From Chthoniobacter flavus (GTDB lineage: Bacteria > Verrucomicrobiota > Verrucomicrobiia > Chthoniobacterales > JACTMZ01), in the NCBI GenBank assembly GCA_945871065.1, contig CAMBUL010000006.1, positions 1-58,318 on the forward strand: a DNA stretch of 58,318 bases, written 5' to 3'. Numbering within the stretch: position 1 is the stretch's first letter; each line of letters opens with the position of its first letter. Made by a program: the position numbers and the translations under genes. Shown in pieces: positions 8,463-19,286 of this stretch. The notes under the pieces are model-generated. The model ran no database searches, was not told the origin of the DNA, and worked only from the letters and a program-made list of their open reading frames with translations.

Positions 8463-10691
8463 TCACGCCGCGTCGATGATGCGATTGAACGTGGCGCTCG
8501 GGCGCATGGCGGCGGAGGCTTTGGTGTCATCCGGACGGAAATAACCGCCGAGATCGACAGCTTTGCCCTGCACGGCGGCCAACTCGTCCGTGATTTGCTT
8601 TTCGTGAGCAGCAAGTTCACCGGCCACCGAGACGAAATATTTCTGCAGCGCGAGGTCATCGGTTTGCCCGGCCAGAGCCTGGGCCCAGAAAAGCGCGAGG
8701 TAAAAATGGCTGCCGCGGTTGTCGAGGGTGCCGAGCTTGCGTCCGGGGCTTTTGTTTTCCTCGAGGAATTTCGCCGTGGCGGTGTCGAGGGTGTCGGCGA
8801 GGACTTTGGCCTGTTCGTTGCCGGTCACTTCGGCCAGGTGCTCAAAGGAGGCAGCGAGGGCGAAGAATTCGCCAAGCGAATCCCAGCGCAGGTAATTCTC
8901 TGCGGTGAATTGTTGGACGTGCTTCGGCGCGGAACCTCCGGCCCCGGTTTCGAAGAGTCCGCCCCCGTTCATCAGCGGGACGATGGACAACATCTTCGCG
9001 CTGGTGCCGACTTCGAGGATGGGGAAAAGGTCGGTCAGGTAGTCGCGCAGGACGTTGCCGGTCACCGAAATGGTGTCCTTGCCTTCTGCGATACGTTGGA
9101 GGCTGAAGCGGCAGGCTTCGAAGGGTGACAGGATGCGGAGATCGAGTCCGGAAGTGTCCTCCTCCTGCAGATAGGTCTGCACCTTGGCGATGAGCTGTGC
9201 ATCGTGGGCACGGCGTTGATCCAGCCAGAAGATGGCGGGTGCGCCACTCGCGCGGGCGCGTTTGACTGCCAACTTGACCCAATCGCGGACCGCAGGGTCC
9301 TTCGTTTGGCACGCGCGCCAGACATCACCGGCCTCCACCTTGTGTTCGGTGAGGATGCTTCCCGCCGCATCGGTCACGCGGATGGTGCCATCGCCGGGGA
9401 TTTCGAAGGTCTTGTCGTGCGAACCGTATTCTTCCGCCTTCTGCGCCATGAGCCCGACATTGGGCACGGAACCCATCTTGACCGGATCGAGCGCGCCATT
9501 GGTGCGGCAGAAATCGATGACGGCTTGGTAAACCGGGGCATAAGCGCTGTCCGGAATGACGGCCAGGGTGTCCTGCGTCTCGCCTCTGGCATTCCACATC
9601 TTGCCGCCTTCGCGGATCATGGCCGGCATCGACGCATCGACGATCACATCGCTGGGCACGTGCAGGTTGGTGATGCCTTTGTCCGAATTGACCATGGCCA
9701 GGGCGGGTCGGGCGGCGAGCGCCGCAGCCAAAGCGGCCTCGAGCCCCACTTTTTCCGCGGCGGGCAGCTGTCCCATTTTGGCCACGAGGTCACCGAGTCC
9801 GTGGTTGAAATCGACGCCGAGCGCTTCCAGCGTTGCGTTGTGCTGGCGGATGAAGTCGGCGAGAAAAACCTTCACCGCATGGCCGAAGAGCACGGGGTCG
9901 GAGACCTTCATCATGGTGGCCTTGAGATGGAGCGAGAAAAGCAGGCCGAGTTCGGCTGCGGTGGTGATTTGTTTTTCGAGAAATGCGACCAGAGCTTTGG
10001 TGCTCATGAAGGTCGCGTCGAAAACCTCTCCAGTCTCCAGCTTGATCCCCTTCTTCAGAACGACCGGAGGTCCTCCGGAGGCGGGGAGGAATTCGATGGT
10101 CGCCGTGGTGGCCGAGGGGACCGTGACGGATTGCTCATGCGAAAAGAAGTCGTTTGCCTCCATGGTGGCCACGCGGGTTTTAGAATCCGGCGACCATGCC
10201 CCCATCTTGTGCGGATGCTTGCGGGCATAGTCTTTGACCGCTTTGGGGGCCCGGCGGTCGGAGTTTCCTTCACGCAGGACGGGATTGACTGCGCTGCCCT
10301 TTAATTTGTCATACCGCGTCTTGGCCTCTTCCTCCGCGCCGGTGGCGGGTGTTTCGGGGTAATCGGGGAGGGCGAACCCCTGTGACTGCAGCTCGGTGAT
10401 CGCTGCTTTGAGCTGGGGCACCGAGGCGCTAATGTTGGGAAGTTTGATGATGTTGGCGCCGGGCTGAAGGGTCAGAGCGCCGAGCTCGGCCAAGGCATCG
10501 GCCGTCTTTTGTCCGGCCGGCAGAAGGTCGGCAAAGGACGCAAGGATGCGTCCCGCCAAAGAAATGTCGCGAAGTTCGACCCCGATCCCTGCCGGTTTGG
10601 TGAAGGCGGCAATGACCGGGAGGAAGGAGTAAGTGGCGAGCAGCGGGGCTTCGTCCGTCTTGGTGTAAATGATGGTGGGCTTGGTCGGCAT
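8463..10691 (-). CDS. icd: Monomeric NADP-dependent isocitrate dehydrogenase
   Basis: [44 protein letters not shown]; 742 aa. Confidence 0.96.
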   Translation of the reverse strand: MPTKPTIIYTKTDEAPLLATYSFLPVIAAFTKPAGIGVELRDISLAGRILASFADLLPAGQKTADALAELGALTLQPGANIIKLPNISASVPQLKAAITELQSQGFALPDYPETPATGAEEEAKTRYDKLKGSAVNPVLREGNSDRRAPKAVKDYARKHPHKMGAWSPDSKTRVATMEANDFFSHEQSVTVPSATTATIEFLPASGGPPVVLKKGIKLETGEVFDATFMSTKALVAFLEKQITTAAELGLLFSLHLKATMMKVSDPVLFGHAVKVFLADFIRQHNATLEALGVDFNHGLGDLVAKMGQLPAAEKVGLEAALAAALAARPALAMVNSDKGITNLHVPSDVIVDASMPAMIREGGKMWNARGETQDTLAVIPDSAYAPVYQAVIDFCRTNGALDPVKMGSVPNVGLMAQKAEEYGSHDKTFEIPGDGTIRVTDAAGSILTEHKVEAGDVWRACQTKDPAVRDWVKLAVKRARASGAPAIFWLDQRRAHDAQLIAKVQTYLQEEDTSGLDLRILSPFEACRFSLQRIAEGKDTISVTGNVLRDYLTDLFPILEVGTSAKMLSIVPLMNGGGLFETGAGGSAPKHVQQFTAENYLRWDSLGEFFALAASFEHLAEVTGNEQAKVLADTLDTATAKFLEENKSPGRKLGTLDNRGSHFYLALFWAQALAGQTDDLALQKYFVSVAGELAAHEKQITDELAAVQGKAVDLGGYFRPDDTKASAAMRPSATFNRIIDAA

Positions 10692-10747
10692 AAAATGTCC
10701 GCCATTAAAGCGCGCTGCGCGGCGGGGTCAAAGCAAAGGACGGATTT

Positions 10748-11056
10748 TCAGACGGCGGTGGGATCCAAGCGGCGGAGGTAGCCGACGGAATAGATGCCGG
10801 TGGCGTGGCCGTCGGCCCATTTGGGCTTCCAGCCGTAGCCGCCGACCATTTCGTAAGAATCCAACTCGAAGCTGGCCGGGGTGTGCTTAACCTCGGGCTT
10901 GTCGCCCCGGCCAAGGACGTCGGGTTCGCCGCAGCAGACGGCGCAGGGGCAGGCTTTGCGCACGTCTTCCCACGCGAGATAAGTTTCGTGCCCGTCGCTC
11001 CACGCGATGGCCAATTCGCGGCCGATGGTTTGCAAGGTGGTGATCTGCGGGGTCAT
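10748..11056 (-). CDS. DUF971 / GBBH-like N-terminal domain protein
   Basis: W.DGH...R..CPCAVC...VGGYG...W.DGH.TGIYS. Confidence 0.85.
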   Translation of the reverse strand: MTPQITTLQTIGRELAIAWSDGHETYLAWEDVRKACPCAVCCGEPDVLGRGDKPEVKHTPASFELDSYEMVGGYGWKPKWADGHATGIYSVGYLRRLDPTAV

Positions 11057-11135
11057 GGGGAAAGGGGGATGGAAGAATGGAGAATGATGAAGTTTGGGTA
11101 GGTAGCGTGCCGGGGAGTTTTTCTTTCTTCGCTCA

Positions 11136-11840
11136 TTATTCGGCATTGGCTTGGACTTGGGGTCGTTGGCCGAAGATGGACGAGCCGATCCGGACGAGGG
11201 TGGCGCCTTCCTCGATGGCGGGCTCGAAGTCTCCGCTCATTCCCATGGAAAGTTCGGGCAGGGCGGCACCGTGGCCGGACTGCAATTCGTCGCGCAATTC
11301 GCGCAGAGCCCGGAAGACGGGCCGGGCCGCCTCGGGGTTCTCGCTGTAGGGCGCCATGGTCATGAGCCCGCGGATGCGGAGGTGCGGCAGGGCGGCCAGC
11401 CCGGGGAAGGCCTCGCGAAGCTGGGCCGGGGTGAAACCGTGCTTCGTCTCCTCGCCGGAAACGTTGACCTCGAGGAGCCCGTCGACTTTTCGTCCGGTTT
11501 CACCGGCAATACGGTCGATCGCTCCGGCCAGTGCCTGGCTGTCGATGCTGTGGAAAAAAGAAAAGAGGGAGAGAGCTTGGCGGACTTTGTTTTTTTGCAG
11601 GTGGCCGAGGAGGTGCCATTCGAGTCCTGGAGGGCAGGCCGGGATTTTTTCCCGGGCTTCCTGCACGCGGTTCTCGCCGAAGATTCGTTGGCCGGTGGCG
11701 GCGGCGGTCTCGACGGCCTCGGCGGGGTGCGTTTTGGAGACCGCGACGAGGCGGACGCTGTCCGGTTCGCGTCCGGCGCGCCGGGCGGCGGTGGCGATCT
11801 CCTTCCGGGCGCGGGCGAGGCGGGCGGTAATGTCGGTCAT
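11136..11840 (-). CDS. yggS: YggS family PLP-homeostasis protein
   Basis: [45 protein letters not shown]. Confidence 0.95.
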   Translation of the reverse strand: MTDITARLARARKEIATAARRAGREPDSVRLVAVSKTHPAEAVETAAATGQRIFGENRVQEAREKIPACPPGLEWHLLGHLQKNKVRQALSLFSFFHSIDSQALAGAIDRIAGETGRKVDGLLEVNVSGEETKHGFTPAQLREAFPGLAALPHLRIRGLMTMAPYSENPEAARPVFRALRELRDELQSGHGAALPELSMGMSGDFEPAIEEGATLVRIGSSIFGQRPQVQANAE

Positions 11841-11884
11841 TAGATTTGCTTATGCAGCGACCGCAGGCCATAAGATTGTCTCAT
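11839..11884. promoter_or_regulatory. Two LysR-type T-N11-A dyad sites
   Basis: ATTAGATTTGCTTAT (11839-11853) and ATAAGATTGTCTCAT (11870-11884) in the 50-bp gap between divergent yggS and lysR. Confidence 0.6.
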
Positions 11885-11890
11885 AGTCCC

Positions 11891-12793
11891 GTGCAGCTTC
11901 TACCTTTCAAAGTATTCCGCGATCTGGCCGAAACCGCCAGTTTTTCGCAGGCCGCGCAGCTCAACGGCATCACGCAAAGCGCGGTGAGCCAGCAGGTCAA
12001 GGCGTTGGAGAAGCGCCATGCGGTCCGGCTGATTGAGCGCGGCAAAAAAAGTTTTTCCCTCACCGCCGAGGGGGTGGTTTTTTTGGGGGCTTCGCGCGAA
12101 ATCCTTGCGGTGGTCGACGGTTTGGAAACGCGACTGCGCGAATTGAGCGAGGTGATTGCCGGCGACTTGCCGCTGGCCGCGGTGCTCAGTGTCGGACTGC
12201 ACGAGTTGCCTCCTTTCACCCGCCAATTCACGCGTCTCTATCCGCAGGTGAAAATCCGGACCGATTATCTCCGCTCCGCCGAGGTTTATGCGGCGGTGCT
12301 TTCCGGTCGGGCCGAGGCGGGGTTGGTGGCCTTCCCTGCACCCCGGCGCGGTTTGGAGTCCGAGGTTTTGTGGCGTGACCGCATGGTGATGGTTTGCGCC
12401 CCCTCGCACCGGTTGGCGCGGCGGGCGCGGGTGCCTTTGAGCGAATTGGCCGCGGAAAAATTCATCGCCTTCGCGGCCGATCTCCCGACGCGCAAAGCGC
12501 TCGACCGGGCCTTGCGTGCGGCGGGCGTGACCGTGCGCCCCGAGCGGGAGTTCGACAACATTGAGACGGTCAAGCGCACGGTCGAGATCGAGGGCGCGGT
12601 TTCCATCCTGCCCGAGGCGGCCTTGGCCAACGAGCGGCGCGCGGGCTCGCTCATTCCGGTGGAAATCGCCTCGCCGGATATGTGGCGCCCGGTCGGTGTG
12701 GTCATGAAGCGAAACCGCGCCGGCTCGCCGGCCCTGCGGCGGTTTCTCGAACTTTTGCGCGGTGCGTCCTTCCGTCCCAAGCTTGCCAAGTAG
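11891..12793 (+). CDS. LysR family transcriptional regulator
   Basis: SFSQAA..NGITQSAVSQQVKALE HTH plus substrate-binding domain; GTG start at 11891 inferred. Confidence 0.92.
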   Translation: MQLLPFKVFRDLAETASFSQAAQLNGITQSAVSQQVKALEKRHAVRLIERGKKSFSLTAEGVVFLGASREILAVVDGLETRLRELSEVIAGDLPLAAVLSVGLHELPPFTRQFTRLYPQVKIRTDYLRSAEVYAAVLSGRAEAGLVAFPAPRRGLESEVLWRDRMVMVCAPSHRLARRARVPLSELAAEKFIAFAADLPTRKALDRALRAAGVTVRPEREFDNIETVKRTVEIEGAVSILPEAALANERRAGSLIPVEIASPDMWRPVGVVMKRNRAGSPALRRFLELLRGASFRPKLAK

Positions 12794-12840
12794 CGCCTTC
12801 TGGCGGATTAGTGCAGTTTATGGTAATTGACAGATTCTGC

Positions 12841-13650
12841 ATGAGATTCACCGCGCCCCTTGCTGTTGCTGCCGGATTGTCGTTTGCCGCCTGCGCGCAG
12901 GACCGACCTGCTTCCGCCCGACACGAGCCCTCGATCAGCATCACTGCGGCCGCACCGGCCTCGACGGCACCCCGCCAGCGCCGTTCCCCGGCCAGCTACA
13001 ATGCGGTCGCCACCTCGCGTCCGTTCGTCGCGTTGACCTTTGATGACGGGCCCCACCCGGTATTGACCCCGCAACTACTCGACATCCTCCGCAACGAGGG
13101 CGTGCGTGCCACTTTTTACGTCATCGGCCGCAACGTGCAGACTTACCCGGAGATCGCTCGACGCATCGTGGCCGAGGGCCACGAGATTGCGAACCATACG
13201 TGGAGTCATCCGACCCTGACGGCCATAAGTGCCGCGCGCCTCGACAAAGAAATGACCAGCACAACGGAGATCATCCAACGCGTGACCGGCCGCCGCCCGA
13301 CCAACATGCGTCCGCCCTATGGCGCGGTGAACGAGCGTGTGCGCCAAAGCATGTTCAACGACCACGGGCTTGATGTCATCATGTGGTCGGTCGATCCGCT
13401 CGATTGGCGTCGTCCCGGCGCGGAGGTGGTCCGCCAGCGGTTGGTCGACGGGGCCAAGCCGGGAGGAATCCTGCTGGCCCACGACATTCATCCCGGAACG
13501 ATCGAGGCCATGCCCGGGACGATCCGTGATCTCAAAGCCAAGGGCTTCGGTTTTGCCACGGTGAGCCAATTGCTTGCCCTGCAAGACTCCCCCGCGGCAC
13601 CTCCTGCGCCGGCCGGGCAGGAGCAGGCGGCGGTGATCCGCTCAGAGTAG
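12841..13650 (+). CDS. Polysaccharide deacetylase (CE4/NodB), probable lipoprotein
   Basis: TFDDGP, HEIANHT, RPPYG, DPLDW, LAHD; FAAC lipobox-like. Start uncertain. Confidence 0.9.
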   Translation: MRFTAPLAVAAGLSFAACAQDRPASARHEPSISITAAAPASTAPRQRRSPASYNAVATSRPFVALTFDDGPHPVLTPQLLDILRNEGVRATFYVIGRNVQTYPEIARRIVAEGHEIANHTWSHPTLTAISAARLDKEMTSTTEIIQRVTGRRPTNMRPPYGAVNERVRQSMFNDHGLDVIMWSVDPLDWRRPGAEVVRQRLVDGAKPGGILLAHDIHPGTIEAMPGTIRDLKAKGFGFATVSQLLALQDSPAAPPAPAGQEQAAVIRSE

Positions 13651-14904
13651 CCATGCCGCGCCGGCGGCACAGGCCGTGGTGGCCCCGAGGACAAAGACAA
13701 CCGTCCGTCGCATGGAGGGTCCACCCAGCGCCACGGCCATGCCGGCCTTGAGCAGGGAATTGGCCCCCGCCGCGACAAGCAGCGCGCGCACGGCTTGCTC
13801 CGCGGTGACGCTGCCGCTCTTTTGCATTTGCGCCAGGGAAAGCGAGATCGCATCGAGGTCGGTCAGGCCGGAGAAAAAGCTGGCGGCGTAAAGTCCGGCC
13901 CCGCCGAAACCGGCCTGCGCCCATCGCACAAGGAGAACGACGAGCGCGTAGAGGATGGCGAATTGGAGGGCCATGCGCAGACTGAGCGGGTTGCGAACCT
14001 CGGAAGGGGGAGCGGGAACCGACCCTGACGGCCGGAGAAAGTGCCGCCAACTCCATGCGGCAAAAAGGAGGCCTGGCAGAGCCGTGAGTATCAGCCCGGG
14101 GGAGGCTCGTGCCAGGAGCGACGGGCTGACCGCTCCGACCAGCACCGCGACACGGCCGAGCATCACGGTGCAGGCCAGAACCACGGCCAGAGCGCAGACG
14201 CGCCCGGTCTCGGGCCATGCCCGGCTTTGACGGCTCATGGCCAAGGTGGTGGCCGTGCTCGAGGCGAGACCGCCGAGGAGTCCGGTCATGGCGATCCCCC
14301 GGTCCTCCCCGAAGATGCGCACCGCGACATAGCCGGCAAAGCCGAGGCCCGAAACAAGTACGACCATGAGCCAGATTTTGAAAGGATTGAAGGCGCCGTA
14401 GGGTCCGTAAGGATGGTCCGGCACGAGGGGCAAGACGATGCCGGTGACCGCGGCAAACTGCAGTGCCTGATAGACGTCGGCGCGGGAGAATTTTCGGGAG
14501 AGCCTGTGCACCCACTCTTTGGAGGCGAGAAGGACCACCATGGTGACGGTGATGACCACGGCCGCCTTGCTTTGGCCGTGCCAGACGAGGCCGCCCAGCA
14601 AGTAGGTGGCCAATCCCACGGCCCCGGTGGTCAGGCCGATGTCACGATCGTGGGCGGCCCGCCGGTAAAGAAATAGGGCGAGAAAGACATTCATGCCTGC
14701 GAAGCCGGCGAGGAAAAACCCTGCTTGGTGCTGCTCTGCGAACCAGGCACAAAGCGTGCCGAGGGCCGCCCAGAGAGCGAAGGTGCGCGCCCCGGCGAGT
14801 GTGTCGGAGGCGGGATTTTCGCGCTGGCCGCTCCATTGGCGCTCAAGGCCGAGGAGGGCGCCGAGCGAGGCGCTTACGAGAAGGGCCTTGAGCAGATCAG
14901 GCAT
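13642..14904 (-). CDS. MgtC/SapB + DUF4010 membrane protein
   Basis: LLGLERQ, AGARTF, GLTT, GGLASSTATT, GLTDLDA; many TM helices. Confidence 0.88.
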   Translation of the reverse strand: MPDLLKALLVSASLGALLGLERQWSGQRENPASDTLAGARTFALWAALGTLCAWFAEQHQAGFFLAGFAGMNVFLALFLYRRAAHDRDIGLTTGAVGLATYLLGGLVWHGQSKAAVVITVTMVVLLASKEWVHRLSRKFSRADVYQALQFAAVTGIVLPLVPDHPYGPYGAFNPFKIWLMVVLVSGLGFAGYVAVRIFGEDRGIAMTGLLGGLASSTATTLAMSRQSRAWPETGRVCALAVVLACTVMLGRVAVLVGAVSPSLLARASPGLILTALPGLLFAAWSWRHFLRPSGSVPAPPSEVRNPLSLRMALQFAILYALVVLLVRWAQAGFGGAGLYAASFFSGLTDLDAISLSLAQMQKSGSVTAEQAVRALLVAAGANSLLKAGMAVALGGPSMRRTVVFVLGATTACAAGAAWLL

Positions 14905-14936
14905 GGCTCCAATTTAAGCTCCCAGCCCGCCGGAAC

Positions 14937-15434
14937 TCAAACGCCCGCATCGACCGGCAGACGCGCGCGGCGCGGGGGGCGTGAGGGCAGCCGAGGCGCT
15001 TCCACCGGTTTGTTTCCCCCGTCGTCACCGCCCTCCCTCTCATGCGGGTCGAAAAAATGGTCCCAGGCGACGAAGATGGATTTGGAGTGGCGGGCGAAGA
15101 GGAGATTGAAAACCACCACTGGGACGACCACCGCGGCGATCAGGGTCCACACCGGCCAGTCGAAGAACCATTCGAACGAGGCATAGAGGACCAATCCGAA
15201 GAGGGCGGCGATGCCGTAGTTGATCGCCCAGATGGAGAGCAGGAAATAACCCGGTTCACGGTCGTAGGCATAGCCGCAGCGCGGACAGCCATCGAGCGGA
15301 GTAAACCAATCGCGGAGGGTGCGCGTGCGGGCCACGCTGGGAAACATCGGGCTTTGGCCGCAGACGGGGCACTGCAGTACCATGGCATGCCGCAGATACG
15401 AACCCGCTTTCGTCCAATCCGACTTGCCCTTCAT
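14937..15434 (-). CDS. DUF983-like Zn-ribbon membrane protein
   Basis: CPVCG...CPRCG...REPGYF followed by two TM helices. Start approximate. Confidence 0.75.
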   Translation of the reverse strand: MKGKSDWTKAGSYLRHAMVLQCPVCGQSPMFPSVARTRTLRDWFTPLDGCPRCGYAYDREPGYFLLSIWAINYGIAALFGLVLYASFEWFFDWPVWTLIAAVVVPVVVFNLLFARHSKSIFVAWDHFFDPHEREGGDDGGNKPVEAPRLPSRPPRRARLPVDAGV

Positions 15435-15523
15435 GGCCCATTGCATACGCCCCAACCGGACGAAGGTCAAAGGACTTGCAGAACAAAAGAAGGCGTTGCG
15501 GCGCGAATGACGCGCGGCGTTGT

Positions 15524-16690
15524 TCAGTGCTTCAGTCCGGCAACAAAGACGGCCATGCGCTGCAGGGCGATTTTGATTTGCTCCAAGGAAGTCGCGTAGC
15601 TGCAGCGGACGAAGCCCTCGCCGTCCGCCCCGAACGCCGTGCCGGGCACCACGGCGACCTTGTGCTCCTCGAGCAGACGGAGGGAAAATTCCCGGCTGGT
15701 CAGACCCGTGGAGCGGATGTCGGCGAAGACATAAAATGCGCCGCGCGGAGTCGGGCAGGGGATGCCCATTTCGTTGAACGCGGAGACAATGTAGTTGCGC
15801 CGGAGTCCGTATTTCTCGCGCATGTGGGCGACGGCGGCATCGCCGTGCTCGAGCGCCTCGATCGCCGCATATTGGGTCATGGTGGGCGCGCAAAGGATGG
15901 CGTATTGATGGATTTTCATCATCGCCTCGATGAGCGGCGCTGGCGCGCAGGCGTAGCCGATGCGGAACCCGGTCATGGCCCAGCCTTTAGAAAGTCCATG
16001 CAGGAATACGGTCCGCTCGCGCATCCCGGGCAGCGCGGCGATCGACACATGCTCCGCACCATCGTAGGTCAGTTCAGCGTAAATTTCGTCCGAGAGGACG
16101 ATGAGGTCATGCTTCTGGCAGAGGGCGGCGATCGGCTCAAGTGCTTCACGCGGCATGGTCGCGCCGGTCGGGTTGGTCGGGAAATTGAGCAGGAGCACTT
16201 TGGTTTTCGACGTGATGCGCTTGGCCATTTCGTCGGCACGGAGTTGAAAGTTGTCCTTCCCGTGCACTGGAATGGAGACCGCTTTGCCGTGGGCTAGGGT
16301 GATGCTTGGGCCGTAGCTCACGTAGCAGGGTTCATGGAAGAGGACCTCGTCTCCGGGGTTGATCAGTGCGCGCAGGGCTATGTCGATCGCCTCGGAGACA
16401 CCCACCGAAACAAGCACTTCGGAGGGCGCGTGGTAGTCGACGTGGAATTGACGCGAGACATAGCCGGCGATGGCTTCGCGGAGTTTGGGCAGGCCGAGGT
16501 TCGAGGTGTAACCGGTGCGACCTTTCTCCAGCGAGAAGAGGGCCGCCTCGCGGATGTGCCAAGGGGTGACAAAGTCCGGTTCGCCGATGCCGAGCGAGAT
16601 GACATCGTGCATCGACTGCACGATTTCGAAGAAGTCGCGGATCCCCGAGCGGGGGATGTCGCGCACGTGCGCGGCAATTTTGTCTTCCAT
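15524..16690 (-). CDS. Class I/II PLP aminotransferase (AlaT/YugH-like)
   Basis: SLGIGEPDF, YTSNLG, NPTG, SDEIY, SKGWAMTGFRIGY. Confidence 0.92.
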   Translation of the reverse strand: MEDKIAAHVRDIPRSGIRDFFEIVQSMHDVISLGIGEPDFVTPWHIREAALFSLEKGRTGYTSNLGLPKLREAIAGYVSRQFHVDYHAPSEVLVSVGVSEAIDIALRALINPGDEVLFHEPCYVSYGPSITLAHGKAVSIPVHGKDNFQLRADEMAKRITSKTKVLLLNFPTNPTGATMPREALEPIAALCQKHDLIVLSDEIYAELTYDGAEHVSIAALPGMRERTVFLHGLSKGWAMTGFRIGYACAPAPLIEAMMKIHQYAILCAPTMTQYAAIEALEHGDAAVAHMREKYGLRRNYIVSAFNEMGIPCPTPRGAFYVFADIRSTGLTSREFSLRLLEEHKVAVVPGTAFGADGEGFVRCSYATSLEQIKIALQRMAVFVAGLKH

Positions 16691-16702
16691 GGCCGGCAGA
16701 CT

Positions 16703-17182
16703 TTACGGGCTGACCGGCAAGCGGTCTTCCGGCAGGTCGGAGGTGAAGAGTGCGCCGTTTTCCTTATAGGTCTTCAGACGGAAGTGCGTTGCCGTGGAAA
16801 TAACCGACTCGATGGTGCTGAGTTTTTCCGAGACGAAGCTGGCCACTTCGCGCAGGCTGCCGCCCTCCACGACCACGAGGAGGTCGTAACCGCCGCTGAT
16901 CAGGTAGCAGCTGACGACCTGGTCGAACTTGGCAATGCGGTGGGCGATGCGATCGAAACCACCGCCGCGCTCCGGCGTAATGCGTACCTCGATGAAGGCG
17001 GTGACCGTGTTCTTGTCCAACCGCTCGCGGTCGACAATGGCCTGGTAGCCGCGGATGACCCCCTCCTTTTCGAGGGCGGCGATGCGGGCGTTGGTCTCTT
17101 CGACCGAAAGATTGAGCAGGCGCGCGAGTTCCTCGCGGGACGTGTTGGCGTCCTGTTGCAAGAGGCGGAGGAGGGTTTCCAT
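16703..17182 (-). CDS. Lrp/AsnC family regulator (AlaR/YugG-like)
   Basis: N-terminal HTH, LE..GVI.GY, YLISGGYDL, TATHF; directly upstream of the aminotransferase. Confidence 0.9.
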   Translation of the reverse strand: METLLRLLQQDANTSREELARLLNLSVEETNARIAALEKEGVIRGYQAIVDRERLDKNTVTAFIEVRITPERGGGFDRIAHRIAKFDQVVSCYLISGGYDLLVVVEGGSLREVASFVSEKLSTIESVISTATHFRLKTYKENGALFTSDLPEDRLPVSP

Positions 17183-17274
17183 AAAATCGCGTTAATTATG
17201 GTGGCCGCGAGGTTCCGTGGCAAGAGGCGGGGCTTGCCAAGAAGGCCGGAAGGCCGATATTTTGGCCTATCCGC

Positions 17275-17350
17275 GCCGACGTAGCTCAGTTGGTAGAGCA
17301 GCTGATTCGTAATCAGCAGGTCACGGGTTCGAGTCCCGTCGTCGGCTCCA
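17275..17350 (+). tRNA. tRNA-Thr (CGT)
   Basis: 76-nt cloverleaf GCCGACG...CGTCGGCTCCA, anticodon loop TTCGTAA, GGTTCGAGTCC T-arm, encoded CCA. Confidence 0.97.
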
Positions 17351-18241
17351 CTACTCTTGCTCGCTGCGGCGGAACTTGCTGCTCAGCCAGAGGCTGATGA
17401 TGAAGATGGCGAGGAGAAGGACTCCAAGGGCGGCGCCGAAGGGTTGGTTGCGGGCTCGGGTGAATTGGTTCTGGATGACCTCGCCGATGGTGGGATTGGC
17501 CCCGCCGCCCATCAGGTTGGTGATGGCGAACATGGCGATGGCGGGAACGAAGACGAGGAGGATGCCGGCGGCAATACCGGGCTGGGTGAGGGGAAGGACG
17601 ACCTTGCTGAAGACGCGGGCCGGGCGGGCCCCGAGGTCATAGGCGGCTTCGATCAGCGAACCGTCGAGCTTTTCCACGCTGGTGTAAATGGGGAGAATCA
17701 TGAAAGGGAGAAAGTTGTAAACCAGCCCGAGAATGACCGCGAAGGGCGTGTACATGAATCCGATGGGCGCGCTGGTGATCTGGAGGGTCATGAGCAGGGC
17801 GTTGAGCAGACCGTCCTGTGACAGGATGGAGATCCACGCGTAGGTGCGGATAAGAAAACTGGTCCAGAAGGGGATCATGACCAGCATGATGAGAAGCCCG
17901 CGGACGCGCTCGCTGGAGCGTCCGATGAAATAGGCGACAGGGTAGCCGAGCACCAGACAGATGGCGGTGGTGAGGAAGGCATACCAAACGGAGATGCCGA
18001 GGATTTTCAGCCATTTCCAATCGAAGGCGCGGGTGTAATTTTCGAAGGTGAAGGAATAGACGATGCGGCCGAGACCATCCCGCTCGCAGAAGCTGATGAC
18101 CAAAAGCATCAGCGTCGGGACAATGACGAAAAGGGCCAACCATCCGAGCATGGGGGTGACGGCGAACCAAGGCCCGAGTCCGGCCCGTCGCTGGGGCGAC
18201 GGGCCGGCGGCCAAAGCTGCTGCTGCGGCGGCAACGGCCAT
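17351..18241 (-). CDS. potB: Polyamine ABC transporter permease
   Basis: PFWTSFLIRTYAW, LPFMILP, EAAYDLGA loop. Confidence 0.88.
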   Translation of the reverse strand: MAVAAAAAALAAGPSPQRRAGLGPWFAVTPMLGWLALFVIVPTLMLLVISFCERDGLGRIVYSFTFENYTRAFDWKWLKILGISVWYAFLTTAICLVLGYPVAYFIGRSSERVRGLLIMLVMIPFWTSFLIRTYAWISILSQDGLLNALLMTLQITSAPIGFMYTPFAVILGLVYNFLPFMILPIYTSVEKLDGSLIEAAYDLGARPARVFSKVVLPLTQPGIAAGILLVFVPAIAMFAITNLMGGGANPTIGEVIQNQFTRARNQPFGAALGVLLLAIFIISLWLSSKFRRSEQE

Positions 18242-18248
18242 TGGGACG

Positions 18249-19286
18249 TTACTGAGCCTTGAGGGTGGTGATGAGTTCGTCGACTTTGGAGGCCTGCTCG
18301 CCGAGGTCGGTGAAGAGTTGGGCCGAAGTGACGTCGAAGCCCGGCGGATAGCTGGCCGGGTTGTTGAGTTGCTCGGGGCTGAGCAGGGCGCGGGCCTCGA
18401 GGTTCGGGTTGTAGTAGGGGAATTCGTCGGAAATCATTTTGCTGATATCCGGGCGAAGGATGAAGTTGATGAAGGCCTCGGCTTTGTCCTTGTTCTGCGA
18501 GGTCTTGGGAATGGCGAGGTTGTCGACGAACATGTGAACGCCTTCCACCGGCATGACCCATTGGAATTTGGGGTTTTCCGCGAAGAGCAGGGCCCCTTCG
18601 CCGCTCCAGACGATGCCAATGTCGGTATCACCGTTGCTCATGGCGGTCTTCGGGCTGTCGGAGTCGAAGACTTTCACTTTGCCGAGCCAGTCTTTGAGAA
18701 GCGGGGTGATGGTGGCGAGGTTTTCGTCGCTCACGTTGTTGATCGGAATGCCGGCCGTAGCCAGGCCCCAGCTGACGGTTTCGCGGGCGTCGTCAAGGAT
18801 GACGATGCGGCCGGCATGCTCGTCGGTGAAGACGTCCTTGTAGCCGACGACCGGGCCGGCAACAACCTCGGCATTGTAAACCACGCCGACGAAGCCGGCC
18901 AACCATGGGACGGAGAACTTGTTGTTCGGATCAAACGACATGTTGCGGAACTCGGGGGCGAGATTCTTCAGGTTGGGGATCTTCGCCTGGTCGAGCTCCT
19001 GCAGCAGATTCTCTTTGATCATGGCCTGCACGGTGTATTCACTCGGCTGGATGAGGTCATAGGCCCCTCCTCCGGCGAGGAGTTTGGCCAGCATTTCCTC
19101 GTTGGAAGAATAATTCTCCACCGAGACTTTGATACCGGTTTCCTTCGTGAATTTGTCGATCACGGCCTGTGGCACGTATTCGCTCCAGGAGAACAGTTTG
19201 AGGGTTTCGTCTTTTTTCCCGCAACCGGCGAGGAGCATGGCTCCGGCGCAAGCCGCGGCGATCAGTTTGGTTTTGTGTTTTGTCAT
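18249..19286 (-). CDS. potD: Polyamine ABC transporter substrate-binding lipoprotein
   Basis: LAGC lipobox, WSEY, F.KETGIKV, SNEEM, QPSEY, WSG, D.LAIPK. Confidence 0.88.
   Translation of the reverse strand: MTKHKTKLIAAACAGAMLLAGCGKKDETLKLFSWSEYVPQAVIDKFTKETGIKVSVENYSSNEEMLAKLLAGGGAYDLIQPSEYTVQAMIKENLLQELDQAKIPNLKNLAPEFRNMSFDPNNKFSVPWLAGFVGVVYNAEVVAGPVVGYKDVFTDEHAGRIVILDDARETVSWGLATAGIPINNVSDENLATITPLLKDWLGKVKVFDSDSPKTAMSNGDTDIGIVWSGEGALLFAENPKFQWVMPVEGVHMFVDNLAIPKTSQNKDKAEAFINFILRPDISKMISDEFPYYNPNLEARALLSPEQLNNPASYPPGFDVTSAQLFTDLGEQASKVDELITTLKAQ

Noticed and set aside
6455-8659. 734-aa minus-strand ORF, and similar long ORFs at 21481-23211, 23824-25389, 45772-47586 and 49315-51363
   Set aside because: Antisense shadows of well-recognised genes in high-GC DNA, with no family motifs.
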